40,767 nucleotides of DNA from positions 1 through 40,767 of the forward strand of contig JBEKGO010000024.1 of NCBI GenBank assembly GCA_050012755.1, written 5' to 3'. The DNA comes from Candidatus Bathyarchaeia archaeon (GTDB lineage: Archaea > Thermoproteota > Bathyarchaeia > Bathyarchaeales > Bathycorpusculaceae). A program made the translations under genes and the position numbers. Shown piece after piece: positions 28,096 to 37,292 of the stretch; the stretch's first letter is position 1; every line of letters begins with the position of its first letter. The notes under the pieces were generated by a model. That model saw nothing but the letters and a program-made list of their open reading frames with translations, ran no database searches and was not told where the DNA came from.

Positions 28096-31000
28096 ATGGC
28101 AAAGACGAAGGCTTTCCTGTGCGCTTTCTTGATAACCGTTATGATCAGCGGGTTATTTTTTATCGATAGTGTGAATTTTAGTGCGGGTGCTCAATCAGCC
28201 GGAGCGAACGCGAGCGCACAATGGATGCCAGATTCAGCGCTGGTCAACGGACTACCAGAATTAGGGATTATTGGAGAGAATTGTCAATGCCCCATCTTCA
28301 ACTTAACAGGTAACAATCAATGGGAGTTAATAATAGGTCAATTCAACAGTTGGACCGTAAATGAGTATCCTTTTTTAGGGTACAATTGGAACGGCTCCCA
28401 ATGGATCAGCAACTCTGCAATAGTCAAAGGGTTAACCGCTTTACCTAATGAAAACGACCCAACTGTCGGTTTCAACGTTACTGGCGATAATACCTTTGAC
28501 ATGATAGTTGCGCAATGGGCGGGTAATCTAATAGGTAACGGACAAAGTTGGACGGGATACTCTTGGAATGGTTCCCAATGGATAGTCAATTCAAATATAA
28601 TTAGTGGTTTGCCAATGAATACTCTTGACGCCGACAACTATGCATCTTTAGGTTACAACGTGCTAGGCGACGACAAATGGGATTTAATCGTTGACAACTA
28701 CGGAAACAACGGTTACATCGGGTTTGAATGGACTGGAACAGCGTGGACGAAAGAAAACACCTTGGTAAGTGGCTTACCCAATGCGGGGTCGCCGAGCAAT
28801 GGTGACCAATTCCCGATTCCATGTTTAGCTAATAACTTTGCAAACGACAACACATCAATGCTCATAGTCGGTTATTCGAGCGGTGGTGGACCAAATGGCG
28901 CAATACAGGGTTTTCAATGGGAAGGTACTGCATGGGTCTTAAACCCCGCATTCGCTGAAGGTATCACCAACTTGCAACCTTGGTCTAACACTCCAACCGT
29001 AGCTTACAATATCACTGGCAATGGCAACTGGGAGCTACTAATAGGCTCTGCCACGGCGAATCCTAACCAACCAACCTACTACACTGGTTATTACTGGTCT
29101 GGTAATAGCGTTCCACTTTCAGTCTCGATAACTCCACTTTTAGTCTCAATGAACATCGGGCAGTCCCTAAATTTCACCTCAATTGCGTCTGGCGGCACAT
29201 GGCCCTACACGTATCAATGGTATGTAAACGGCAGTGCTGTTTCGGGAGCTACAACAACTTCTTGGACCTTCAAGCCAGCAACAAGCGGAACCTTCGACGT
29301 ATCCCTTAATGTTACAGACCCAACTGGAAACATTGCACAATCAGATACTGCTTACATAACAGCAGACTTCTTGACCAAGTACAACATCACCTTTAGCGAA
29401 ACAGGTGTCGGCTCGGACTTTAATGGCACGGTTGCCATTATAGATGGATCAAGCTATACCGCGAACAATCTTCCCTTGGTTTTCTCTTGGGATAGTTTCT
29501 CAACCCACACATTTGCCTTCCAATCATCGCTCCTACCTGATGGAAACACAACTGGACAATATGACTGGGCTTCAACAAGCGGTCTGTCGACAAGTCAATC
29601 GGACACATTCAATGTAACTCATTCTGGAAGCGTAATTGGCAATTACAATAGCCAGAAATCTGTTCCCATAAATCGTGTTCAAGGATGCTTTCACGCATCG
29701 ACTTTGGGAAACAGTTTGATAGTCAACCTTGCACACACACCTACAAGCGGCGATGTGCTAATCGCAATTATAAGTACAGTTACAAACACGGGGTCCCCTG
29801 CAATTCCTATTAGCATCACAGAGGCAGGTGTCGATAATTCTACAGGTGGCACTTATTGGAACGAAGTAGCGGGAGGAGGAGGTGGAGGTACCTCCCCTGG
29901 AGAGCATGGGCTAGACATGGAGATTTGGGTCGGAAAAGTAGGTCAGAGTCAAGCAAGCAATACTATAAATGTCATATTGAATGCTGCTGCCAATCTTGGA
30001 GCTACGATCGACGTTTGCGAATACAGTGGAGTAGCAAAGATTGATACGACATGGACAAATGGCACTCAGTCCGACACAGCAAATCTATCAACTGGCTCGG
30101 TTATTAGCTCAATGAACGGTGAACTTGCAGTTTGCGGAATTTTTGATGAAGGATATAATTTAACAAATGCAAGCAATGGATTCACACTCTTAGATGGTAC
30201 CTATTCCAATAATCAAGCGTTAGCTTATCTTGAAAAAACAAATTGCCCGATAGGGGAGGAAAGTTCTACAATAACCGTTCCAGGGAATACTGACGGATAT
30301 GGTTGTATAGCGGTCTTTCAACCCACTCTAGTAAAGAGCAATGTAACTGTAACCGACCAGGAGACCGCGAACGGAGTTCTAACCTTTACCGCTTCAGGAC
30401 CGAGCGGACAGCTAGGATATGTTAACGCCACAATCCCCGTCGGATTCAACGCCACAGACATCACAGCGTTCATCGATAACCAACCGGTCCAGCAGCCAAC
30501 CATAACCACGGACGGCTCTAACTACTTCGTCTACTTCGAGTTTCATCTAAGCACCCACAACATCATAATCCAATATGCACCTGCGCCGGCGCCTTCGGTG
30601 TCGATTTCGCCAATGTCTGTTGTTATGAATGTTGGTCAGTCTCAACCGTTCACCGCTACTCCCAGCGGCGGCTCAGGAACATACACAATCTACCATTGGT
30701 ATGTAGATGGCTTTGCAATGTCTGGCGCAACTGCTTCAACGTTTAATTTTGTGCCTGCTTCCGCTGGTTCTTACTCGATTTCTGCAACGGTTACTGACGA
30801 TTCAGGCGCAACATCGGCTCAATCCATGGGTGCAACGGTTACGGTTTCGGCAATTGCAACTCCCCCTCCATCGCAGCCAACTCCTATACCAACTCCTACT
30901 CCAACTCCCACACCAACACCAACCCTCACTCCTACGCCCACGCCAACAGCCACCCCAACTCCAACACCCACTCCAACTCCAACACCTACCCCCTCTCCAA

Positions 31001-31368
31001 GCCCAAGTCCATCACCTAGCCCCAGCCCAACTCCATCAGCTAATCCAACCCCAACCCCCACACCAACCCTAAGTCCAACTCCCACTCCTACACCTACTCT
31101 GAGTCCAACCCCTACTCCTTCAGCTAGCCCAACACCAACAAACAATCCTAACCCCACTCCAACTGCCACACCAGAACCAACACCTAGTCCAACCACGCCC
31201 TCAACTCAAGACCCAACAGCCAACCCAAGCAATAGCCCAAACGCTACCCTTTCACCTACTCCAACAGTACCAGAGTTTCCATCTTTGCTGACTTTAGTGC
31301 TTGTTGCCGGGTTACTTTCCCTGAGTATAATTACCATAAAAAGAAGGAGACAATTCAAGCTTCACTAA
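28096..31368 (+). CDS. Large mosaic surface protein: five Trp-rich repeats, two PKD-like domains, Pro/Thr stalk, VPEF tail
   Basis: Signal peptide; 5 copies of WxxxxxLxxGL...xxLIxG...GxxWxG; SGGxxxYTxxWYVxG PKD-like motifs; TVPEFP + TM + KRRR. Confidence 0.88.
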   Translation: MAKTKAFLCAFLITVMISGLFFIDSVNFSAGAQSAGANASAQWMPDSALVNGLPELGIIGENCQCPIFNLTGNNQWELIIGQFNSWTVNEYPFLGYNWNGSQWISNSAIVKGLTALPNENDPTVGFNVTGDNTFDMIVAQWAGNLIGNGQSWTGYSWNGSQWIVNSNIISGLPMNTLDADNYASLGYNVLGDDKWDLIVDNYGNNGYIGFEWTGTAWTKENTLVSGLPNAGSPSNGDQFPIPCLANNFANDNTSMLIVGYSSGGGPNGAIQGFQWEGTAWVLNPAFAEGITNLQPWSNTPTVAYNITGNGNWELLIGSATANPNQPTYYTGYYWSGNSVPLSVSITPLLVSMNIGQSLNFTSIASGGTWPYTYQWYVNGSAVSGATTTSWTFKPATSGTFDVSLNVTDPTGNIAQSDTAYITADFLTKYNITFSETGVGSDFNGTVAIIDGSSYTANNLPLVFSWDSFSTHTFAFQSSLLPDGNTTGQYDWASTSGLSTSQSDTFNVTHSGSVIGNYNSQKSVPINRVQGCFHASTLGNSLIVNLAHTPTSGDVLIAIISTVTNTGSPAIPISITEAGVDNSTGGTYWNEVAGGGGGGTSPGEHGLDMEIWVGKVGQSQASNTINVILNAAANLGATIDVCEYSGVAKIDTTWTNGTQSDTANLSTGSVISSMNGELAVCGIFDEGYNLTNASNGFTLLDGTYSNNQALAYLEKTNCPIGEESSTITVPGNTDGYGCIAVFQPTLVKSNVTVTDQETANGVLTFTASGPSGQLGYVNATIPVGFNATDITAFIDNQPVQQPTITTDGSNYFVYFEFHLSTHNIIIQYAPAPAPSVSISPMSVVMNVGQSQPFTATPSGGSGTYTIYHWYVDGFAMSGATASTFNFVPASAGSYSISATVTDDSGATSAQSMGATVTVSAIATPPPSQPTPIPTPTPTPTPTPTLTPTPTPTATPTPTPTPTPTPTPSPSPSPSPSPSPTPSANPTPTPTPTLSPTPTPTPTLSPTPTPSASPTPTNNPNPTPTATPEPTPSPTTPSTQDPTANPSNSPNATLSPTPTVPEFPSLLTLVLVAGLLSLSIITIKRRRQFKLH
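30860..31266 (+). repeat. Low-complexity coding (PT/PS)n repeat
   Basis: Degenerate CCNACN hexamer array encoding a Pro/Thr linker. Confidence 0.9.
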
Positions 31369-31401
31369 TCAATGAAAGCGTTTTAAGGAGTTTACATTCC
31401 G

Positions 31402-31447
31402 AACATACTGCCAGATTCTTCTGTTAGCTGGTCATCCCAGCATTCCC
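31402..31447. repeat. 46-bp direct repeat, left copy
   Basis: 44/46 identical to 36036-36081, with a 34-bp perfect core GATTCTTCTGTTAGCTGGTCATCCCAGCATTCCC. Confidence 0.9.
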
Positions 31448-31557
31448 CTTGATTATTCAATTGTGGGTAATTGGGGTGCCTTGGCATAGCTGTTTTATTG
31501 AGTTTTTAGGGAAGTTTAATAGGTTACGTTTGATATCTAACGTATTACGGTGGATTC

Positions 31558-31851
31558 ATGTCTGAAACAATCACCCTGAGATTACCGCCCCAAACAGCAA
31601 AGAAACTCCAAGAAATCGCCAAAAAAGAAGGCAAAGACCGCTCAACCCTCATACGTGAACTTCTTGAAAACGGCGTTAAAGAAAAAAGCGTAGAGCAAGC
31701 CGTTGAACTCTACCGAACAGGGCAGGTTACGGCTTGGAAAGCTGCGCAGTTAGCTGGAGTTTCGTTGTGGGCTTTCTACAAAATATTAGAACAGAAAGGC
31801 ATCATCTTTCAGTATTCTGAACACGATCTAGAGCAAGACTTGAAAACTTAA
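31558..31851 (+). CDS. UPF0175-like RHH/HTH antitoxin
   Basis: TITLRLP...DRSTLIRELL...AVELYRTGQVTAWKAAQLAG. Confidence 0.85.
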   Translation: MSETITLRLPPQTAKKLQEIAKKEGKDRSTLIRELLENGVKEKSVEQAVELYRTGQVTAWKAAQLAGVSLWAFYKILEQKGIIFQYSEHDLEQDLKT

Positions 31852-31866
31852 GGAGCAACAGACGCC

Positions 31867-32403
31867 ATGCCCCCAACAGTCTCAAACACTAGCCCCCTTA
31901 TTTGGCTTGCCAAAATTGGCAAACTCAACTTGCTCAAAGATCTTTTTGATGAAGTCCTGGTTTCGGAAGAAACCTACAAGGAAGCAGTAGAAGTAGGTCT
32001 GCGAGAAGGCTACAGTGACGCGTTAGTAATCAAGGATGCTTGCGACCAAGGATGGGTCAAAGTTGAGCGGCTTGATGAAAAACAGGTTGCGATTTGCCAG
32101 AAAATAATGCGGCACAGTTTTGAACTCCATGAAGGTGAAGTTAAGGCAATAGTGCTAGCTCGCGAAATTGGTAAGGACGCGCTTCTTTTGATGGATGACT
32201 CTAGTGGTCGAGCCTTTGCTGAAACTTGGGGCTTAAAAGTCAAAGGAGTACTCTACGTCATAATCACAGCCATGCGGAATGACTTATTAGATACGACTGA
32301 GGCAAAGGAGGCAGTGCTAAATTTGGTAGGTAGAGGGTTCAGAATTGAACCAAAGTTTTTGGCAAAAATAATTCAAGAAATCGAAAAAGAAAATATGCAA
32401 TAA
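31867..32403 (+). CDS. DUF3368-like PIN-domain toxin
   Basis: VSNTSPLIWL, LHEGEVKAIVLA, LLMDD. Confidence 0.88.
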   Translation: MPPTVSNTSPLIWLAKIGKLNLLKDLFDEVLVSEETYKEAVEVGLREGYSDALVIKDACDQGWVKVERLDEKQVAICQKIMRHSFELHEGEVKAIVLAREIGKDALLLMDDSSGRAFAETWGLKVKGVLYVIITAMRNDLLDTTEAKEAVLNLVGRGFRIEPKFLAKIIQEIEKENMQ

Positions 32404-32442
32404 GCAAACCATTGATGAGACTTCGACAATCTTATCGGTAGA

Positions 32443-32475
32443 AGGTGACTACAAAACGCACAAATGTAGTCACCT
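32443..32475. repeat. 11-bp perfect inverted repeat AGGTGACTACA-N11-TGTAGTCACCT
   Basis: Directly visible; function unknown. Confidence 0.75.
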
Positions 32476-32498
32476 CGCATCGGTAACCTATCGGATAA

Positions 32499-32545
32499 TC
32501 TGGTCTGACGTACAGAAGGGTACCGGTTCGAATCCAGGCTGCCTA
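32499..32545 (+). pseudogene. Degenerate tRNA 3' half (possibly tRNA-Val GAC)
   Basis: Anticodon-like arm TCTG(G)T-CTGACGT-ACAGA, short variable loop, T-arm GGTTCGAATCC; no D-arm or 5' acceptor strand recognisable. Confidence 0.55.
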
Positions 32546-32638
32546 ATGTTTTTCTGCATCACTTTTATGCCAAATACTTACAATAAATATTGGAAAACGT
32601 TTTAAGATACAAATATTTTGGACGAAAAGAGTGTTTAA

Positions 32639-32891
32639 TCACTTGTAGACTTTCTTTCTCAGTTCAACATCATGAAAGATAATCGACTTGTCTTTTTCGT
32701 CGATTTCATACAGTAGCCTATATTTTCCAACCTTTAACTTCCATAGCCCTCTCAAAGGACCTACTAACATAATGCCGCCGTAAGGTTTAAGAAGAATTTC
32801 TTTGATGGCTTCTGTTGTTCTTGATTTAATGCCTTTTGACATTTTTCCTTATTTTCTTAGAAAAATCTTAGAACTTGGCCTTATATGGCAT
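32639..32891 (-). pseudogene. RelE/ParE toxin disrupted at its 5' end
   Basis: C-part LRGLWKLKVGKYRLLYEI...RKKVYK. The ATG at 32891 (MPYKAKF*) is out of frame with the C-part, and that frame has its own stop just upstream of 32842. Confidence 0.75.
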
Positions 32892-32892
32892 A

Positions 32893-33114
32893 TTACTTCA
32901 GGATCTTTTCTAAGTCATTCATGGAACATTCAACGTATTGGCCTTTGGTAACTTGCTCTTTGCTTTTTTCTATTGTATCTAATGCTTCTTTGTCGGCAAG
33001 CGTTTCTAAAGTTTCAAGAATCTGCTCCATTTTAACGTATGTTCCAAGGATCTCTCTGAAAAGGTCTTCAGGAATGACAATTCCTTCCTTAGTGACCTTA
33101 ACTCTTGCTTCCAA
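32893..33114 (-). CDS. Cognate antitoxin of the RelE-like gene
   Basis: ILETLETLADKEALDTIEKSKEQ pattern; directly upstream of the toxin. Confidence 0.75.
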   Translation of the reverse strand: MEARVKVTKEGIVIPEDLFREILGTYVKMEQILETLETLADKEALDTIEKSKEQVTKGQYVECSMNDLEKILK

Positions 33115-33230
33115 TTAATTGCACCTTAATAATAAACTGGTTAAACTGCTTAAATCCTTTCAGTACGCGGTTATTTTTCAGCGAAAAAGTTATGTGTTAC
33201 ATTGTAGTCTCTGTATTTTGGAGTGAGAAG

Positions 33231-33539
33231 ATGGTCGAGGTTGAAAAAAGCAGCGTTGTTACGGTTCGTTTGTCAAAGAGAAATCTGCGTAGAGTTGAGG
33301 CTGTTAGGGCCCTTGAAAATGTTGACCGCTCCACATTATTTAAAGAGTTCATCGAGGATGGTTTGCGCGAGCGCGTTGTGCGTTTGTATACGAAGGGCAA
33401 ACTGAGTGCAGGTCGTGGTGCGGAGATTTTAGATATTTCGCTTCGAGAGTTTTTGGAGTTGCTTGAGCGTGAATGCGTTGCCGTTAACTGGGATTCCGAA
33501 GGCATAGCGAAATATTTGAAATCTAAATATGGAGAATAG
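33231..33539 (+). CDS. UPF0175-like antitoxin
   Basis: VVTVRL...DRSTLFKEFI...LYTKGKLSAGRGAEILDIS. Confidence 0.85.
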   Translation: MVEVEKSSVVTVRLSKRNLRRVEAVRALENVDRSTLFKEFIEDGLRERVVRLYTKGKLSAGRGAEILDISLREFLELLERECVAVNWDSEGIAKYLKSKYGE

Positions 33540-34086
33540 GCGCTTGGTTGCGGTAGTTTCTGATGCGGGACCGCTGATTCATCTATCGCAAATTGACAAA
33601 CTATTTTTGTTAAAGAAGCTTTTTGGGGTTGTGTTTGTTACTGAGAAAATTAAGGTTGAGGTTTTTGATGAGGGGTTGCGGCTTGGTTGTGTTGATGCTC
33701 AAGTGGTCAGTGAGGCTTTGTCGGATGGTTGGCTTCGGGTTGAACCTGTTTCTGAACGTTTAGTTGGGTCTGCTCTCAAGCTGGCTGAAGGTGAGAATAT
33801 TTCGAGGGCAGATGCTGAAACGCTTTTGCTGGCTGTTGAGAAAAAAACTGCGTTGTTGGTTGATGAAAGGTTGCTTTCGGATCTTGCTAAAATGTATAAG
33901 CTCAGGGTTTGGAGTACATGGACGTTGCTTCTGGAAAGCTTAGCTCCGGATTATTTAGTGTTGGATGAGGTTGAAGGTGCTGTTGAGGAGTTAGGCAACA
34001 GGAAGTTTAGGTTAAGTGCTAAACAATCAGAGGAAATTTTAGGTGCAGCTAAATTCATTGAAAAGCACAAAGGAAAGTTGGGCTAA
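33529..34086 (+). CDS. DUF3368-like PIN-domain toxin
   Basis: VVSDAGPLIHL, ADAETLLLA, LLVDE. Confidence 0.85.
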   Translation: MENRRLVAVVSDAGPLIHLSQIDKLFLLKKLFGVVFVTEKIKVEVFDEGLRLGCVDAQVVSEALSDGWLRVEPVSERLVGSALKLAEGENISRADAETLLLAVEKKTALLVDERLLSDLAKMYKLRVWSTWTLLLESLAPDYLVLDEVEGAVEELGNRKFRLSAKQSEEILGAAKFIEKHKGKLG

Positions 34087-34232
34087 GAGTTAAGGAATTT
34101 CTTGAAAAACAAAGGATGGACTCATCAGTCGATAAGTTTTCTTTTAGGTAGTTCTTAGCTCAACGGGTTTTTCCGACCGCAATAGTTAAGTTGTACTTTT
34201 TGTATTTGTTGTACTTGGAGTTGAAGTTGAAT

Positions 34233-34463
34233 ATGGAGGATGTTTTAGTAACTCGCAAAGGGCAAATTACAGTTCCTGTTGCGTTGAGACGCAAATATGG
34301 AATAAAAGAGGGCATGAAAATGTCGGTTAGAGATTCAGGCTCAAGTATAATTCTACAGATTGTACCAAGAATCGAAGATCTGGTTGGTGTTGACGCTGGA
34401 AAAATAGATGCGAAAAAAGCCGTAGAAATGTTGGATAAAATGCGTTCAGAAGACAGATATTAA
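34233..34463 (+). CDS. AbrB/MazE-type antitoxin (VapB)
   Basis: VTRKGQITVPVALRRKYGIKEG; TTGTA repeats upstream could be operators. Confidence 0.88.
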   Translation: MEDVLVTRKGQITVPVALRRKYGIKEGMKMSVRDSGSSIILQIVPRIEDLVGVDAGKIDAKKAVEMLDKMRSEDRY

Positions 34464-34867
34464 TGAGAGCCGTGTTGGACACTCGGTTCTTTATAGATAG
34501 CTTCACAAGCAACAACGAGCAATTCAAAAAATGGGCAAGAGCAACCCTTCAAGCACTCCAAACAAAAGGTAATCTAGGTGTTGTCCCATCGATAGTAATA
34601 CATGAATTCTATAAAATCCAACTAGAAAACTTGGGGAAAGACATTGCCGAATTAAGAATTACCTCTATTCTCAAATCAGATCTTAACGTGGCAAATCTTG
34701 ATTCAGCTATAGCGATAGAAGCTGCAAAGCTCCGGTGCAAATACGCTGAATTGCCAACCGCTGACGCTGTAATAGCTGCCACAGCCATTATAATGTCTTG
34801 CGAATATGTTTTAACCGATGACAAGCATATAAAACAGATTAAAGAAACCAAAACAAAATGGATTTAG
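34463..34867 (+). CDS. VapC PIN-domain toxin
   Basis: VLDTRFFI, VIHEF, LPTADAVIAATA, LTDDKH. Confidence 0.9.
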   Translation: MRAVLDTRFFIDSFTSNNEQFKKWARATLQALQTKGNLGVVPSIVIHEFYKIQLENLGKDIAELRITSILKSDLNVANLDSAIAIEAAKLRCKYAELPTADAVIAATAIIMSCEYVLTDDKHIKQIKETKTKWI

Positions 34868-34980
34868 CAAACAAAAAAGATTCAAGACGAAATTTGAAAG
34901 AACAAACCAGATGCTTCCCCGTGCATTAAGTTTTGAGCAACCTTAACATAGAGAAACTGCTGTTTTCTGGTTTGATCTTG

Positions 34981-35826
34981 TTAAAAATCCCAGAGTGTGT
35001 TTGCGCTGTGTTGAGCTTTTTCTATAATTGACAGCACGGTTGCTTTGGGTAATCCTGTTTTCCTTTCAATCGTTAATCTGTCTTGGTCAAACAACTGTTT
35101 TATAAGAACAATTCCCGAGTCAACTAGCCTTCGTCTTTCTTCAACGCTTACTCCTCTGAGGCAACTAAGCGGATATAACTTATTTTTTTCAATAGCATCC
35201 CGCAGTCCAAAGTGTTCAGGTGAAGTCCATCCTATCTGTATGATATTCTTGCATTTACCATATTGAATTGCCTGCTCTGAATATCTGGTGTTGGTAACTA
35301 TAACCGCGCGGTCAATTTTTAGGTCAGTTAAGCCAAGCGTAAACGCATCTGTAACGTCTTCCAGCACTGCCCACGCTATTCGACTTTCATCCAGCCCCGT
35401 TAAGGCGTGATAGTTGAAATGATGCTTAACCTCAACAAAATAAGTAACTCCATCCTTTCTTGCGATGCCGTCTACCTCATGTTCACCGCATTTTCCCCTA
35501 AGAATCTGATTAGGCGTAACCTCAAAACCAGTATGTGCCAACAAAACCTGTATGAACAATTCAAATTCTGGTTTGGACTCCATTAGGCTTATGCCTCGTT
35601 TTAAGTCGAAAAGGTGACTAACAGCAGGCCTGTATTTCCTCATATACGTGAAAATTAGCTGGAGAATCTTCTGAGTTGTTATGTCTTCATATAGTCTTTT
35701 TTCAATTCGCTCTGCAACTTCATTAGCAATGTAGCTGTCTGCGCCCATCCTTAGGCAAGTCTGCACAATTTTTTCTCTGCTAAACAACTGTTTGGAGCCG
35801 TTTGCTTTGGTAACGAGAAATGCCAA
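34981..35826 (-). CDS. ATP-cone + Mrr-like PD-(D/E)xK restriction endonuclease
   Basis: VTKANGSKQLFSREKI (ATP cone); FELFI...EHEVDGIA...VEVKHH...IVTNTRYS. Probable TTG start at 35826. Confidence 0.85.
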   Translation of the reverse strand: MAFLVTKANGSKQLFSREKIVQTCLRMGADSYIANEVAERIEKRLYEDITTQKILQLIFTYMRKYRPAVSHLFDLKRGISLMESKPEFELFIQVLLAHTGFEVTPNQILRGKCGEHEVDGIARKDGVTYFVEVKHHFNYHALTGLDESRIAWAVLEDVTDAFTLGLTDLKIDRAVIVTNTRYSEQAIQYGKCKNIIQIGWTSPEHFGLRDAIEKNKLYPLSCLRGVSVEERRRLVDSGIVLIKQLFDQDRLTIERKTGLPKATVLSIIEKAQHSANTLWDF

Positions 35827-36035
35827 GTTGCATGCACCAGCTAGAGAGAAAAATACGTAGGTTGCAGTTTTAAGTTTATTCAATTCTCAGGGGGTTTGAT
35901 TCTTTTGTGAGATCCCTTTGAGCCGAGTGAAAAGCAATAATACACGATTAGAGATACTGTGGTGTTTGACTTTTCAATCTTTCAGCAACTACACCTAAAA
36001 AAACACAGACATTTTATAGCTACATAAGTTCTGCA

Positions 36036-36081
36036 AACATACTGTCTGATTCTTCTGTTAGCTGGTCATCCCAGCATTCCC
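36036..36081. repeat. 46-bp direct repeat, right copy
   Basis: 44/46 identical to 31402-31447. Confidence 0.9.
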
Positions 36082-36224
36082 AACACACATTATCTCATAA
36101 ACTAACGAACTGCCTGATTTGTTTTCTTTACTACAAACTTCTATTTGTTTGTGGTCGTTGGTGTCATGAAGTCTGGCTATTGATTTGAGCACCACAATTC
36201 TTAAAACTATATTAAGATATAAGA

Positions 36225-37292
36225 ATGGCGAATATGCCCAAACCATCGAGTTTAAGCGGTGGGGGTGGGGAAACAGTCGATAAAAAAATCAGTAAACTGA
36301 TTTTTCACCCATCGTTTGAAGATACATTGTTAGAGCTCAAGAAACGAAAAATTGTGTTACCCACTAATCCAATTGATGAGGAAATCGATTTTAGTAAGTA
36401 CGGGTATCCCCAAGAGGGCGCTCTAATTTCACATATTGAAGATTTTGGCAAGTTTAAGCTTGATGCAAATAAGGGTCAGGCTCTAAGTAATTCACTTTTG
36501 ATAACAGCGTATGATGAATCGGTAAACAAATTTGAAGGCCTGCAGGGAACTGGGTTTCTAACTTCTCATTCAATGATTATTCATGGGTTAAGCGATTACA
36601 TCCCAGTTAGTTTGTTAACGTTTTATTTCTATACGCGGTCACGAATCCTTTCGGATGGATCAACTCATATTAAGTACTCTGAAGAACCAGAGACTGATTC
36701 AAATAGAGACTATATTATCGACAGAAGAAAACTTCTCATCGAAAATCTTCCAAACAACTCGATAGTGTTTATCGATGGTCCTTTGATTGGTGGTAACATG
36801 GCTACCGCTACTATTGACATGAACAGAGAATTGGCTAAAAGGAACATAACACCATTATGTTTTGTTAAAAATAGCCATAGCAATATGGTTACTGATAATA
36901 TCCCCGAACTTAGTGGCAGGTATAATTCCGATATGCACTGGGCTTACAGTTTTCTAAAACCAGGAGAAAGAACGAATCTCTTTAGATATACAGATGCTGT
37001 AAATCATAATCTTACAAAAATTTTTTGTTATATGAAAGCGTTTGATGTCAGTCCACAGAGAGTTGAGCTTGATTTGAAGACGTATTCTAGATACTCAAAT
37101 AATATTGATGATTTTTTTGATTTGATTTTCTATTTGATGCTCGCGCAAGGCAACTTAATGAATCCTCAGGTCAGGTCAATTGCGGTCGCAGAAGCTTTTG
37201 CTAGAACAACATTGAAGTTGGTAAATTTTGAGCAAATAATGAAAGAATTAGGAATTATTCCAACAATGAATCAAGAGAGGTTTGCATGGTAA
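36225..37292 (+). CDS. nurA: Divergent NurA-family nuclease
   Basis: AYDES, VFIDGPL, FVKNS, RVEL, IAVAEAFAR; directly upstream of HerA. Confidence 0.75.
   Translation: MANMPKPSSLSGGGGETVDKKISKLIFHPSFEDTLLELKKRKIVLPTNPIDEEIDFSKYGYPQEGALISHIEDFGKFKLDANKGQALSNSLLITAYDESVNKFEGLQGTGFLTSHSMIIHGLSDYIPVSLLTFYFYTRSRILSDGSTHIKYSEEPETDSNRDYIIDRRKLLIENLPNNSIVFIDGPLIGGNMATATIDMNRELAKRNITPLCFVKNSHSNMVTDNIPELSGRYNSDMHWAYSFLKPGERTNLFRYTDAVNHNLTKIFCYMKAFDVSPQRVELDLKTYSRYSNNIDDFFDLIFYLMLAQGNLMNPQVRSIAVAEAFARTTLKLVNFEQIMKELGIIPTMNQERFAW

Noticed and set aside
30707-31196. Alternative-frame ORFs, including the (VG)n antisense ORF
   Set aside because: Shadows of the Pro/Thr linker of the surface protein.
36036-36081. 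Repeat as RNase P RNA 3' end, tRNA or CRISPR repeat
   Set aside because: Only a superficial AACAGAAG match. There are just two copies 4.6 kb apart, and no spacers or cas genes anywhere in the window.
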